Source of the DNA: a virus
Taxonomy: Duplodnaviria; Caudoviricetes
DNA: 64,000 nucleotides
Direction: 5' to 3' (one strand)
IMG/VR virus record: IMGVR_UViG_3300014019_000011
Location: 1 to 64,000 of that record
Part shown: positions 1-9,304 of the stretch, piece after piece
Position numbering within the stretch: the first letter of the stretch is position 1
How the letters are laid out: the number at the start of each line of letters is the position of its first letter
Notes under the pieces: model-generated
What the model was told of the DNA's origin: nothing
Database searches by the model: none
The model's input: only the letters and a program-made list of their open reading frames with translations
Translations under genes and position numbers: made by a program

Positions 1-207
1 ATGAGCGACATCACTGACACCGAGTGGCAGCTCCTCGTACACTACTACGGTGATCTGGCTTACGAGGAGCCCCACAACCATCAACGGTTTCTTGACGCGA
101 TCTATGCGCAACATGGTAGCGTCAACGCGCTGGTCGACAAGGCTATGGAAATCATGGGCCGTGTCCCCGACGCGCCGCCCGATCCCGGTGACGAGATGCC
201 TGAATGA
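1..207 (+). CDS. Hypothetical protein (68 aa)
   Basis: ORF starting at base 1, followed immediately by a terminator hairpin. Confidence 0.5.
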   Translation: MSDITDTEWQLLVHYYGDLAYEEPHNHQRFLDAIYAQHGSVNALVDKAMEIMGRVPDAPPDPGDEMPE

Positions 208-209
208 AG

Positions 210-235
210 AAGCCCGCCAGATCGGCGGGCTTTTC
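210..235. terminator. Intrinsic terminator between convergent genes
   Basis: AAGCCCGCC-agatc-GGCGGGCTT followed by TTC. Confidence 0.75.
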
Positions 236-236
236 G

Positions 237-806
237 TTATCCTAGTTTGAACCGGTTCTCGATGGCGCGTCTGAGGACGGCCTCGTCTCTCCAGCGCCGA
301 TGATCGAATGACGGACGCGGAGAACGGTCGTTCGCTGGAACAGGGCTATGCACGCCGACAACCGGCACGCCGTCGATCTGATGGCGCTTGCCGTCTAGGA
401 ACTTCTTCACTTGACCAGGCGAGGCTTTGCCCAACGCATGCAGTTCGTCGTCGCTCATCGACAGCAGGAGCGCCCGAGCTTCCGCCGGCACGGCGGATAT
501 GTCCATGTCGGCACGGTCGTCCTTCCTGGACTTACAGAACTTCCTGACCGTTTCGATACCCGACGGATCGAAGACATGAACGGATGCGGCGGCCTTCTCC
601 CGCGCCTTCTTCATGACCTCGCCGACGTCGGCTCTAGCCATCGTAGGCTCGTAGTGCGGCAGCGGCGTGCCACCGCCGAAAAGCACGCGGAACGGCCAAC
701 TGATCAGGTCGTCGGCGACCTTGCCGATCGTCGGCAGGCTGGACCAGAAATCTTTGCCCATTGTCGCAATCGCCCGCCACGCCGCAGCTATTATTCTTCC
801 TATCAT
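237..806 (-). CDS. Hypothetical protein (189 aa), separately transcribed cargo
   Basis: ATG at 806 with strong AGGAGGGG RBS; separated from the lysis genes by a terminator. Confidence 0.7.
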   Translation of the reverse strand: MIGRIIAAAWRAIATMGKDFWSSLPTIGKVADDLISWPFRVLFGGGTPLPHYEPTMARADVGEVMKKAREKAAASVHVFDPSGIETVRKFCKSRKDDRADMDISAVPAEARALLLSMSDDELHALGKASPGQVKKFLDGKRHQIDGVPVVGVHSPVPANDRSPRPSFDHRRWRDEAVLRRAIENRFKLG

Positions 807-862
807 GATGTTCCCCTCCTGTGGTGAGTGAGGAAATCGTCTCCGACGATCACGCAAGCAAC

Positions 863-889
863 AAAAAAAGGCGGAGCCGAAGCCCCGCC
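863..889 (-). terminator. Terminator ending the late/lysis operon
   Basis: Minus strand GGCGGGGC-TTCG-GCTCCGCC followed by T7. Confidence 0.8.
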
Positions 890-992
890 AAGTCATGCCA
901 AGAAAGGAAGATCATGTGTCTGAGGGACAACCACAGGATCAGTATTGATGGTGTCGCCGTCCCATGAAACGCACAATACCGCCGACGAAAAA

Positions 993-1193
993 TCACGGCT
1001 TCCAGCACCCGTTACGCTCGCCCCATTGGTTATGGGTCACGACATCCCGCTTCGTCTCCGTCGACCAGGTCGCGACCTCGGCCTTCGTCGGACGGATCGG
1101 CTGCCATCCGGCGCAAATGCCGCCGCTAGTCGCGCACCCAGCGAGAAAGCTCGCGATCAAGAGCGGCATCGTCCATCTTGCGAATGTTGTCAT
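993..1193 (-). CDS. o-spanin (Rz1-like lipoprotein)
   Basis: Lipobox LAGC, small, overlaps the 3' end of the i-spanin in another frame. Confidence 0.75.
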   Translation of the reverse strand: MTTFARWTMPLLIASFLAGCATSGGICAGWQPIRPTKAEVATWSTETKRDVVTHNQWGERNGCWKP

Positions 1194-1365
1194 TGAGGCG
1201 CTCCTTGTCCCTCAGGGCGTTCAGGTCGTCGGCGACACGCTCGGCCTCGGCGGCGGCTTTTCCCGAGGCGTAGACGCGCCAGTAGGCAGCGGCCACGAGA
1301 GCGGCGACCGCGCTCCATTTCAGCAGGGTCTTGCCGATGGTCGTGGTGAGGAACCAGGTCATCAT
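1126..1365 (-). CDS. i-spanin (Rz-like)
   Basis: Start MMTWFL at 1365 overlapping the holin stop; N-terminal TM then coiled coil. Confidence 0.7.
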   Translation of the reverse strand: MMTWFLTTTIGKTLLKWSAVAALVAAAYWRVYASGKAAAEAERVADDLNALRDKERLNDNIRKMDDAALDRELSRWVRD

Positions 1366-1559
1366 GGGCGGCGGTCCTTTCGGATGCGCAGGTCGCCCGC
1401 GCGGTGGCGGTCGTAGGCGAACCAGCCGAGGTTGATCAGCACGACGGCGGCGCTGGCGAGGGTTTCGATATCGTCGGGCGACAGGCTGGTCTTGGCGAGG
1501 ACCATGCCCCCGACGAGCGTGATGGCATGGCGGATGAAGCCGAGTATGGCTGGATTCAT
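1362..1559 (-). CDS. Small two-TM holin-like protein
   Basis: 65 aa, two hydrophobic segments, basic C-tail, between lysin and spanins. Confidence 0.65.
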   Translation of the reverse strand: MNPAILGFIRHAITLVGGMVLAKTSLSPDDIETLASAAVVLINLGWFAYDRHRAGDLRIRKDRRP

Positions 1560-2365
1560 GGCGTGGCTCCTGCGGCGACGGCGGCATAGGCTTCCGCCCG
1601 GTCGCGGTTGATCCGGGATTTGCGGATGAGATGGATGGTGAGGACGACGAGACCGACGGCGACGACGGACAGGATCACGACGGTCGCGGTGTCGAGATCG
1701 GTGATCGTGGCGGCGCTGGTCGTGCTGGTGCCGGAGGCGACAGCGGAAGCACCTGCGGCGCTGTTCTGGGACTTCGAGGTGTTCGTGGCGACCGTGGCCT
1801 CGGCCTCCAGATGGGCCGTGACACCGCGAGCGGATGTCGTGCGGGTCTCAAGCGACATCTTCACGGCATTGGCTTCGACACCCGCGATCCGACGGCTCCA
1901 TCCCTTGCCGAAGGTCGTCCAGGTCTTGAGGCTCTGGACGAACGAAAGGCGGCGGAAACAGATGTCCTTGATGGTTTTGACCGGATCGGCGGACTTGGTT
2001 TTTGCCAGCGTCTGCGGGCCGACCTGACCGTCGGCGGAGGCTCCGACGGATAGCTGGAGCCATTTGGCACCCCGAGACACGCCGGAATTCACGGCAGCGT
2101 CGAGCGTGGCGTAATCGACCCCGGCAGGAAGGTCGTCGTAGCGGACCTTGTCGGCGTACTGGGTGCGATAGATGACATCGACCTCGGTCGACGTGATCTG
2201 CTTGACGGAGCGCGCTGGATATCCGTTCCTCTTGCGGAACGCGTCATAGACGGCCTGCGTCACGCCGAAGTTGGTGGCTCCGCCCGGGTCGAGCTTGTGA
2301 TTGACATATCCGCCTTCGTCACGGCGGATGTGGACCATGGCGTTCGTGTATGTAGATGCGGCCAT
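1556..2365 (-). CDS. Endolysin, glycoside hydrolase family 108 with peptidoglycan-binding domain and C-terminal TM segment
   Basis: EGGYVNHKLDPGGATNFGVT catalytic motif; FGKGWSRR motif; hydrophobic C-terminus. Confidence 0.9.
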   Translation of the reverse strand: MAASTYTNAMVHIRRDEGGYVNHKLDPGGATNFGVTQAVYDAFRKRNGYPARSVKQITSTEVDVIYRTQYADKVRYDDLPAGVDYATLDAAVNSGVSRGAKWLQLSVGASADGQVGPQTLAKTKSADPVKTIKDICFRRLSFVQSLKTWTTFGKGWSRRIAGVEANAVKMSLETRTTSARGVTAHLEAEATVATNTSKSQNSAAGASAVASGTSTTSAATITDLDTATVVILSVVAVGLVVLTIHLIRKSRINRDRAEAYAAVAAGATP

Positions 2366-2423
2366 CGCGGACAATTCCCATTGAATTCAGGAATTGTCCG
2401 GCGACCGGCTGCGAGTGACTAAT

Positions 2424-2807
2424 TCAGTCCTTTTCAGGCCTCCACTTCCAGCCGTCAGGAGTGGTCGTGTTGTAGAAGGTCACGTCGGTCGCGTTCCATC
2501 CAGCAATGTGGGCCTTCACACGGTCGGCGACCGCTTCAGGGTCGATGTCCTCGTATGGGAAGTCTTCGACCTCGACTTCACCGCTCTCCACGTTGTCGAG
2601 GTTATGCTCGAACCACCACGCAACTTCGTTCTCGATACCGTCCTGAAGGCGGTCGTCGACGGTTTCCCAAATATGCAAGGATAGCTCATGCAGGAAATCG
2701 TGGGCGGCCAGAGACACGAGGTCCTTGCCGTCGACCCTCGGATGCTCTTCCAGGGTCGGGCGGGGTTGCTTGCGGGGCTTGGGCGCTTTCGCGGTCTTGG
2801 CGGTCAT
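2424..2807 (-). CDS. Hypothetical protein, basic N-terminus and acidic body
   Basis: ORF in operon orientation with GGAG RBS. Confidence 0.65.
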   Translation of the reverse strand: MTAKTAKAPKPRKQPRPTLEEHPRVDGKDLVSLAAHDFLHELSLHIWETVDDRLQDGIENEVAWWFEHNLDNVESGEVEVEDFPYEDIDPEAVADRVKAHIAGWNATDVTFYNTTTPDGWKWRPEKD

Positions 2808-2899
2808 TTGAACTCCTTACTGAATGCCGTACTGAATGCCGATTACCCCCAGACATAGAGTTGTGGAACGCGCGGTTTCAAGCTTTCCGAAAAATAAAG

Positions 2900-4720
2900 T
2901 CAGGCTCTCCATTTTCCCTTTGAAATCAGAATCATCTGGTAGCTGCCGTTGGCATATTCGACCCCGATCCCATGCGCCCGGTTGTGCGGCCCGACAGCGT
3001 GATCGCCAGCGTCTCCGATATAACCGGACATGGCGAGACGACGGCGGCGCATGACCGTATGACCGTGGGCTATCGATAGATGGAAACCGAGGTTGACGAA
3101 GTTCGTCGCCGCTCCCGAAGAGCCGTTGGTGCCGCGGTCGCCGTGGCAATGGTAGTAGTAGCGGAAGAAACGAAGCGGATCGGCGAACCGGGAGGTCTCG
3201 AACTTCACCGTCGGATTGAAGAGCCGCAGCGCGTAGGCCAGAGCGCTGAAATCGGTGTCTCCTGCGCGGATGGCCTGAAGCTGGGCAAGGTTGACCTGAA
3301 GGAATGTCTCGGCATTCAGGAGGTCACGCTTCCAGTCGGTTTCCAGCAGGAACCGGTCGAAATGGCGGTCGTGATTGCTGTCGATCAGCCAGGTGCGGCG
3401 GCGCTTCGACCCCATCTTCTCGATGAGATCGGCAGTGAGCTTCAGTTCCTCGGCGACATTGTCGTTCCCCGAGATGCGCTTGCGAAGCTGGTGGACGGGG
3501 TTCTTCCGGTTATGCGGCGACACCGAGCCAGCGTCGAAGACATCGTGCAGGACCTGCTCCGACGGATCGAGAGCGTCCATCAGGGCTACACCGCCCTTCG
3601 GCTTGCTGCCGATGCCCCAGATCGCCGACAGGCATGCCTCGTTGGCGAGACGGGCATGGATGCACCCGGCGTTCACGACCGGCCGCTTCAGGCAGCGTTC
3701 TTCCTGAAAGACCTTGCGAGGCCGCACGATACCGTCGGATACCACGACATCCACATCCCACAGCTCGCCCGTCAGGGGATCGAGTTCGAGGTTGCGGATG
3801 TGGATATCGCCGTCGAGATCGCATTCGACGACGACGGCACCGATGACATGGTTTTCGATGGCGACCATGCCCGCCTTGGAATGGGAATAGTTGGGCACCG
3901 TGATCGCGCCGGAACACTGTGCGATGCTCTGCTCGCCCTCGATGCGGCCCAGCGTGATCATATCTTGTCGCATCGACGCAAAGACATGGTTCCTACCGCC
4001 GCAATAGGCACCGATGCCGTCGAGCGGGTTCTCGTAGGTCGGCTTCATGGGAAATGCGCCGTCGATGACCACGCCGCCGAGATCGATCCTGTCGGTGCTG
4101 ACGTAGCGTTCGGTGAGCGCCGACCAGGGGGCGATTTCGTCGACCTTTGAGCCGCCCGACGGCGGCTTCGTCTCCATGCCCATGAGGTGGATGGAATACC
4201 CGCCCCATCCGGCATAGGCGACCATCGACATGAGCGCGGGGCCGTGGACAGGCGTATGGCTCTGCTGCGTCGATATCACGACACCCCACTTCTTAGGGCG
4301 GGGCTTAGGCGCGTCGACACCGATGAGGAGGTCTTCGTAGGCTTTAGGCCCGGTCCATTCGGGCGGCCAGACGATGCCTGGATCGTGGATGACCTTGACG
4401 GTGCGGGGATTGCCCTTGCGGTCGGTCTCCTCGATCCGCTGCGGCGGATTGCATTCCCGATCCCACCCGCGCCAGTTCGTTAGGTCGGTCGCCTCGGAGC
4501 GCCTGAAGGAGACTTCGGTCGGCACGATGTCCGGGAAATCGGCGGGTTGCGGTTCGGAAATGACCGGCTGTTCCGGTCGGCGAAGGTGTTCGAGTGCCGA
4601 TCTGGCCTCCCGCTCGGTCCATCCGAGCTTCTTCGCCAGAGCGCGCCTCCCGAGGTCGTGATGACCGAGTTCGGCGACGATGGCAGCGCGTTCCGCTGCC
4701 GTGGATATGGATGCTTGCAT
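2900..4720 (-). CDS. T5 A1-like metallophosphoesterase-fold nuclease with N-terminal HTH
   Basis: Motifs GCIH, HDVFD, SNHD, HGDRGTNGSSG, AHGH in A1-family order; 606 aa. Confidence 0.7.
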   Translation of the reverse strand: MQASISTAAERAAIVAELGHHDLGRRALAKKLGWTEREARSALEHLRRPEQPVISEPQPADFPDIVPTEVSFRRSEATDLTNWRGWDRECNPPQRIEETDRKGNPRTVKVIHDPGIVWPPEWTGPKAYEDLLIGVDAPKPRPKKWGVVISTQQSHTPVHGPALMSMVAYAGWGGYSIHLMGMETKPPSGGSKVDEIAPWSALTERYVSTDRIDLGGVVIDGAFPMKPTYENPLDGIGAYCGGRNHVFASMRQDMITLGRIEGEQSIAQCSGAITVPNYSHSKAGMVAIENHVIGAVVVECDLDGDIHIRNLELDPLTGELWDVDVVVSDGIVRPRKVFQEERCLKRPVVNAGCIHARLANEACLSAIWGIGSKPKGGVALMDALDPSEQVLHDVFDAGSVSPHNRKNPVHQLRKRISGNDNVAEELKLTADLIEKMGSKRRRTWLIDSNHDRHFDRFLLETDWKRDLLNAETFLQVNLAQLQAIRAGDTDFSALAYALRLFNPTVKFETSRFADPLRFFRYYYHCHGDRGTNGSSGAATNFVNLGFHLSIAHGHTVMRRRRLAMSGYIGDAGDHAVGPHNRAHGIGVEYANGSYQMILISKGKWRA

Positions 4721-4806
4721 GCGTGTCCCCTCAGACAGTTGTTTTCAAAGGGACATTTTGCTGACATCCATGCGATTGCAAATTTTGCAAGTTTCGCCGG
4801 CGGAAA

Positions 4807-5064
4807 TCACCGCGTGAAGAAATCCTGAAAGCCCAGCCACATCAAGGCCATCATGCCCGTTGCGGCGGTCGTGAATATTGCAAGCACCGCCTTCATGGAG
4901 ATTTTCTCGGCTGCCTCGCGCTGGCGACGGACATATCGCATGTCGTCGGTGAAGCTAGTCACGCTGTCGATATCCGTCGGATCGACACGCATCAGGGCAA
5001 AGACTTCTTTGACCGCCTCTTTCGCGGCGGCTGTGGCGATCTGGCGGATTTCGGTATCGGTCAT
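4807..5064 (-). CDS. Small membrane protein (coiled coil plus C-terminal TM)
   Basis: 85 aa; architecture common near phage lysis cassettes. Confidence 0.65.
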   Translation of the reverse strand: MTDTEIRQIATAAAKEAVKEVFALMRVDPTDIDSVTSFTDDMRYVRRQREAAEKISMKAVLAIFTTAATGMMALMWLGFQDFFTR

Positions 5065-5134
5065 GCTTGGGGTCCAAATGCTGAATACTGTTTACAAGTG
5101 AGCCTGACGGCGGTGCGTAGGACAACCGTCAGGT

Positions 5135-6574
5135 CTATTCGAGGGCGGCGATCCTGGTTTCGTGGTCGGCCAGCGTCGACTGGATGCTGGAAAGCGTGCC
5201 GGCGATCTTGTTGAGAGCAGCCTGAAGACTCGCATGGTCGAAGAACGGGTCCATGAAGCCGAGATCGAGCTTTACCTTGTCGGCGGCGAGATTGCTGGCG
5301 GCAATCGGCGCGACCGTGTCGGCGATCTGGTTGAGAGCGGCCTGAATATCGGTGCCGAGGAAGTACGGGTCCATATAGCCGGGATCAAGGGCGACATTCG
5401 CCGCCGGGATGTTCTCGATATCGATTGAGGACACGTCTTCCGCAAGCTTGTTGAGCGCTCCCGCAAGGCTCGTGCTGGTGAAATAGTCGTCCATAATGTC
5501 GAGATCGAGTTTCACCAGCAGAGCGGGGAATTCGGTGATCGTCTCGTCGATACTCTTGAGACTGTATCCGATGGATACGAGAGCTTCCTGCACATCGTCG
5601 CCGCTGACGCTCCATGCGCCGCCCGGATATGCGATATCCGCCGCCGTCAGGGAACCGCCGCCACTACCCGGTTCGATGGCATCGATCTCTCCCTTCAGCT
5701 CGGCCAGGACCGCCTGCACGTCCGTACCGGTGATTCCGCTGATGGCTGTGACCGCGATGTCGGAGGCATCGGGAGACCCGCCGCCGCCCGGAATGTCGGA
5801 AATCAGGTCCCTGAGTTCCTCGAGCGCATCCTGCACGTTCGAGGAGGTCATGCCCCAGATCGATTCAACGTCGATGTCCAGAGCGTCCGGCGTACCGATA
5901 CCGTCGATCCTCGTGTCGAGCTGACCAAGCGCGCCCTGAACGTCCGTGGCCGTGATGGAACCGACCGGTTCCACGGCGATGTCCGCGGCATCGGCCGAGA
6001 TGTCGTCCGTTCTGGCCGCCAGTTCGTTCAGGGCAGCGTCGACGGAGGTGCCGAGGAGACCGGACGCGGTGTTGTCGAACTGGACGTTCTCGGCCGTCAG
6101 CTCGTCGCCGAGCTTGACCGCGAGTTCCTCCAGCGCCTCCTGCATGGTCATCGCGTTCAGCCCGGTGTCGCCCGGATCGAAGGCGATCGATGTCGCGGCG
6201 TTCGAGCCGAGGAGCGCCCAGTAGCCGGACATGAGGTCCGTGTGGAAGTCGTCCGAGTCGTGGGGAACACGACACAGGTAGGTGCCGCCCTCGTGGGTGA
6301 CGATGTGCCGGGTCGTGTAGTCGACCCCGGTCAGCCACTCGCCGACATCCGTCAGCATGGACGGAAACGGCACCTGGCCGATGGTCTCGCCCTCGTCGTC
6401 GAGGAACCGGAGGAACTGCCCCGTGTCGTCGTCGATCAGGTTGATGGCGGCGACCGAAAGAACACCTTCGTAGGCCTCGTTGAGAGCGTCTTCGATGACG
6501 GTCCAGTTGTCATCGACCTCTTCCTTGCTGAGGGGACGGTCGACGGTCGAGTATTTGGTCAATGCTATCGTCAT
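5135..6574 (-). CDS. Tail fibre-like protein with CBM5/12-like module and about 9 repeats
   Basis: GEW..GVDY..RHIVTHEGGTYLC motif; repeated A.DI....G....DVQ.AL.EL; ends HETRIAALE. Confidence 0.7.
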   Translation of the reverse strand: MTIALTKYSTVDRPLSKEEVDDNWTVIEDALNEAYEGVLSVAAINLIDDDTGQFLRFLDDEGETIGQVPFPSMLTDVGEWLTGVDYTTRHIVTHEGGTYLCRVPHDSDDFHTDLMSGYWALLGSNAATSIAFDPGDTGLNAMTMQEALEELAVKLGDELTAENVQFDNTASGLLGTSVDAALNELAARTDDISADAADIAVEPVGSITATDVQGALGQLDTRIDGIGTPDALDIDVESIWGMTSSNVQDALEELRDLISDIPGGGGSPDASDIAVTAISGITGTDVQAVLAELKGEIDAIEPGSGGGSLTAADIAYPGGAWSVSGDDVQEALVSIGYSLKSIDETITEFPALLVKLDLDIMDDYFTSTSLAGALNKLAEDVSSIDIENIPAANVALDPGYMDPYFLGTDIQAALNQIADTVAPIAASNLAADKVKLDLGFMDPFFDHASLQAALNKIAGTLSSIQSTLADHETRIAALE

Positions 6575-7323
6575 GGTGTTTCTTCTCCTTCTCCGCCGTC
6601 GCCCGTGTCGCCGCCGTCATCGTCTCCGCCTGTGTCACCACCGCCTTCATCAGGCGGCGGATCGCCGATGATGACCGGGCCTCCGCCCGTGCCGCCCCCC
6701 GGGGTGCCACCTGTGCCGCCGCCGGGATTGTTTGGATCGGGGGGCTCGGGGTCGGCCTCGTATTCAAGGTCCTGCTTCGTCGGATAGCCGGGGTCTTTCC
6801 ACGGCTGGCGCTCCGACGACCAGAGAAAGCCGAACTCCCAGACCGTCATGTAGGATTCGGGCAGGTCGATTTCGGGCGGCACGCCACCCGGATAATACCA
6901 GGCACCAGAGTTCGGATCGCCGCCGATCTGCCCGAGCATCTGGGGCTTGCCGCCTTTGCCCGAGCGCTCCGCATCGTCGACGTTCTCTTCCATGGCCGCC
7001 ATGCCAGCGAACAGTTTTCCGTTCGCTCGAGGGTGTCGAAAGTTGACACGCCTCGACTCCGTCTTCAGCGCGTTGAGAAGATCGCGAACCCTGGTCGGAC
7101 TGCCCTTGATGAGGCTTTCCATCTGGCGCGCCTTCGGCGCCTTCTTGTTCTTGTCATACTTGTGAGGGCCGCCGCCGACCGCCGTAAGCCATGTGGCCAT
7201 CTCGTCCCGATGGATATTGGACATCGGGATAGGGTCGGGCTTCGGAGGCTTCGGAGGTTTCCTCTTCGGAACCTTCTTCTTGTCCTCAAGCGCCGTAGTT
7301 CCCGTGTACTTCTTCACGACCAT
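6571..7323 (-). CDS. Tail-associated hypothetical protein, Lys/Pro-rich N-terminus and Gly/Asp/Pro-rich C-terminus
   Basis: Stop overlaps the fibre gene start (ATGA); lies in the tail tip module. Confidence 0.65.
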   Translation of the reverse strand: MVVKKYTGTTALEDKKKVPKRKPPKPPKPDPIPMSNIHRDEMATWLTAVGGGPHKYDKNKKAPKARQMESLIKGSPTRVRDLLNALKTESRRVNFRHPRANGKLFAGMAAMEENVDDAERSGKGGKPQMLGQIGGDPNSGAWYYPGGVPPEIDLPESYMTVWEFGFLWSSERQPWKDPGYPTKQDLEYEADPEPPDPNNPGGGTGGTPGGGTGGGPVIIGDPPPDEGGGDTGGDDDGGDTGDGGEGEETP

Positions 7324-7327
7324 GGCA

Positions 7328-9304
7328 TCAGCCTCCGAAAGCCAGATCGATGTCCTTGCGTGCGGTCACCGTCGTGCCGGTGATTTTCACCTTGCGCTCG
7401 ATGATGTCCGTGTTGGAAAGGGATCGCATCCGGATGTTGTAGGTTGTGGGGATCGCCGCGACGGCCTCCAGGGCGTTGCCGTACACGAGCTGGGTCCGTG
7501 CGGCAGCGCGGAGCTGGTCGCCGATGGTGTTCGTCCAGTTCACGGCGACGCAGGCGTAGCCGGGGTATTTGAGCCACTCGACCTTGACCGGCGTGGACAC
7601 CTTCTCGCCGCCGACCGTGTATTGCATGTCGCCGACCGTGTAGCCGACCCCGTCGTCATCGGCCCACGAATAGCCCGTCTCGAAAGCCTCGCTGTAGGCC
7701 GTGCCGCCTTCGGGCAGCGTGTCGACGTTGCCGTTAGCGACGGAAACGCCGATGGTGACCTCGACATATCGCTCGCCCGTGTCGCCGGACCAGACCTTGG
7801 AATACGAGATGACCTTGCCGCGCACCCAGCCGCCGGCCGCGTCGAAGAAGTAGTGTTCGATGCGGCAGCCGTCGCGCAGGCTGATGTCGTGGAGGTCTTC
7901 CCATCTACCGCGGAAGGTCACGGTCAGGGCGCGAAGACGATGGCGAAGGAAGGCGCGCACGCGCAGAAGGCCGTGTTCGGCGATCTGACGACCACGGTCG
8001 GTTCCGAAGAAGGTCGCGGCGGACTTGTTCTTGAGCGCCACGTTCTTCGTCGTCTGGACCCACCGCTTCATGAACGGTTTGATCCGGCTCTCGTCATAGC
8101 GGGCATAGTCGTCGAGGACGGTCTGGAACTGGTCCGTCGACGTATGGTCCTGCTGACAGAGCCACGCACGGTTTCCGCGAAGCACCCTGTCGCCGACATG
8201 GTATTCCTTCTCCTCCTCCCATTGCGGGGTCGAGGTGTCCTCGGTCAAGGAGTTCAACCCGATGTCGTCGAGTTCCTCTTCCTTCCACCCGAAGGCGTTC
8301 ACGTCCTGAACGTCGGCGGAGGCCGTGATTGCCTGAATTTCGCGGCGCGGCTGGCTGTAGCTGTACCGCATCGGGAAAGAGGTCGCCTTGTAGCGGTAGA
8401 GCGCGAGAGGCTGAACACCGTAGCGGGTGCGGACGTAGCTCTTCCAATAGGGCTGCCCGGTTCCGTCGAAACCCTGACGGATTTGGTGCAGAACGATCTG
8501 GTAGTTGCCGTTGAAATACTTCGTCTGCGTGAGCGTCGGCTCTTTCTCTTCCTGCTCCACGTCGCCGACGCTCCAGCCGGACTGGTCGATCTCGCCCTTC
8601 TGCCCGATCGAGGACACGTCCGTCAGAGTCAGGCGGCCGAGTTCCCCGCCGCCGAAATTGACGCGACTGGCGATATCGACCTCGCCCTCGGCGCGCTGGG
8701 TCCACTCGGCGACGAAGTTCATGGTGCATTTGCGAACCGGCGGCTGGCCGAGCGATGGCACCATGGTGTCACGGACATAGTGCGGGCCGAGATCGACCAG
8801 CCGGTCGTAATTGATGATGTCCGAGAGCGTGATCTCATGCGTCACGGGATCGATATGGAAGACTTCGGACCGGGCTTCCAGCACGACGGCGGGATCGGTG
8901 ATTTCCTGAGGAAGGCCGGAAATGAGGTCGTCGACATACGGACGGGTCGCCAGAGTGCGCGCGAAAGCGAGGAGCAGCTCCTCGAAATCGTCAGGCTGGG
9001 CGAGGAATTCGAGGGTGATCAGCGCCTCGGCGAGGTTCGCGGGCATGCTGTTCGCCACGCCGCGGAAGATCAGCCGAGGTGTCTCGCCTTCGTCGGCCCA
9101 GCTTACGAGCATGTACGGATCGCGACCGGGCGCTAGGATGCCGATACCCGGATTCTTGCAGGTGATCGTCAGGCGAGCGACCCCGCCTTCCTCGTGATCG
9201 AGCTTGTAACTGGTGGCGATCAGCTCGGTGCGGGCATGCAGGACGGGGTCGAAAACCGTGTCGATGGCCGGAACCCAGGCGTTGTAGATGCGTGATGCCA
9301 TCAA
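7328..9304 (-). CDS. Tail tip/hub protein with CBM5/12-like insertion
   Basis: Position two genes after the tape measure; PQWEEEKEYHVGDRV...WLCQQDHTS motif. Confidence 0.65.
   Translation of the reverse strand: MMASRIYNAWVPAIDTVFDPVLHARTELIATSYKLDHEEGGVARLTITCKNPGIGILAPGRDPYMLVSWADEGETPRLIFRGVANSMPANLAEALITLEFLAQPDDFEELLLAFARTLATRPYVDDLISGLPQEITDPAVVLEARSEVFHIDPVTHEITLSDIINYDRLVDLGPHYVRDTMVPSLGQPPVRKCTMNFVAEWTQRAEGEVDIASRVNFGGGELGRLTLTDVSSIGQKGEIDQSGWSVGDVEQEEKEPTLTQTKYFNGNYQIVLHQIRQGFDGTGQPYWKSYVRTRYGVQPLALYRYKATSFPMRYSYSQPRREIQAITASADVQDVNAFGWKEEELDDIGLNSLTEDTSTPQWEEEKEYHVGDRVLRGNRAWLCQQDHTSTDQFQTVLDDYARYDESRIKPFMKRWVQTTKNVALKNKSAATFFGTDRGRQIAEHGLLRVRAFLRHRLRALTVTFRGRWEDLHDISLRDGCRIEHYFFDAAGGWVRGKVISYSKVWSGDTGERYVEVTIGVSVANGNVDTLPEGGTAYSEAFETGYSWADDDGVGYTVGDMQYTVGGEKVSTPVKVEWLKYPGYACVAVNWTNTIGDQLRAAARTQLVYGNALEAVAAIPTTYNIRMRSLSNTDIIERKVKITGTTVTARKDIDLAFGG

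Noticed and set aside
7193-9136. Long plus-strand ORFs opposite structural genes (also 19143-21641, 21362-22918, 60220-61545, 62587-63891)
   Set aside because: Antisense shadows of high-GC coding sequence; no motifs and biased composition
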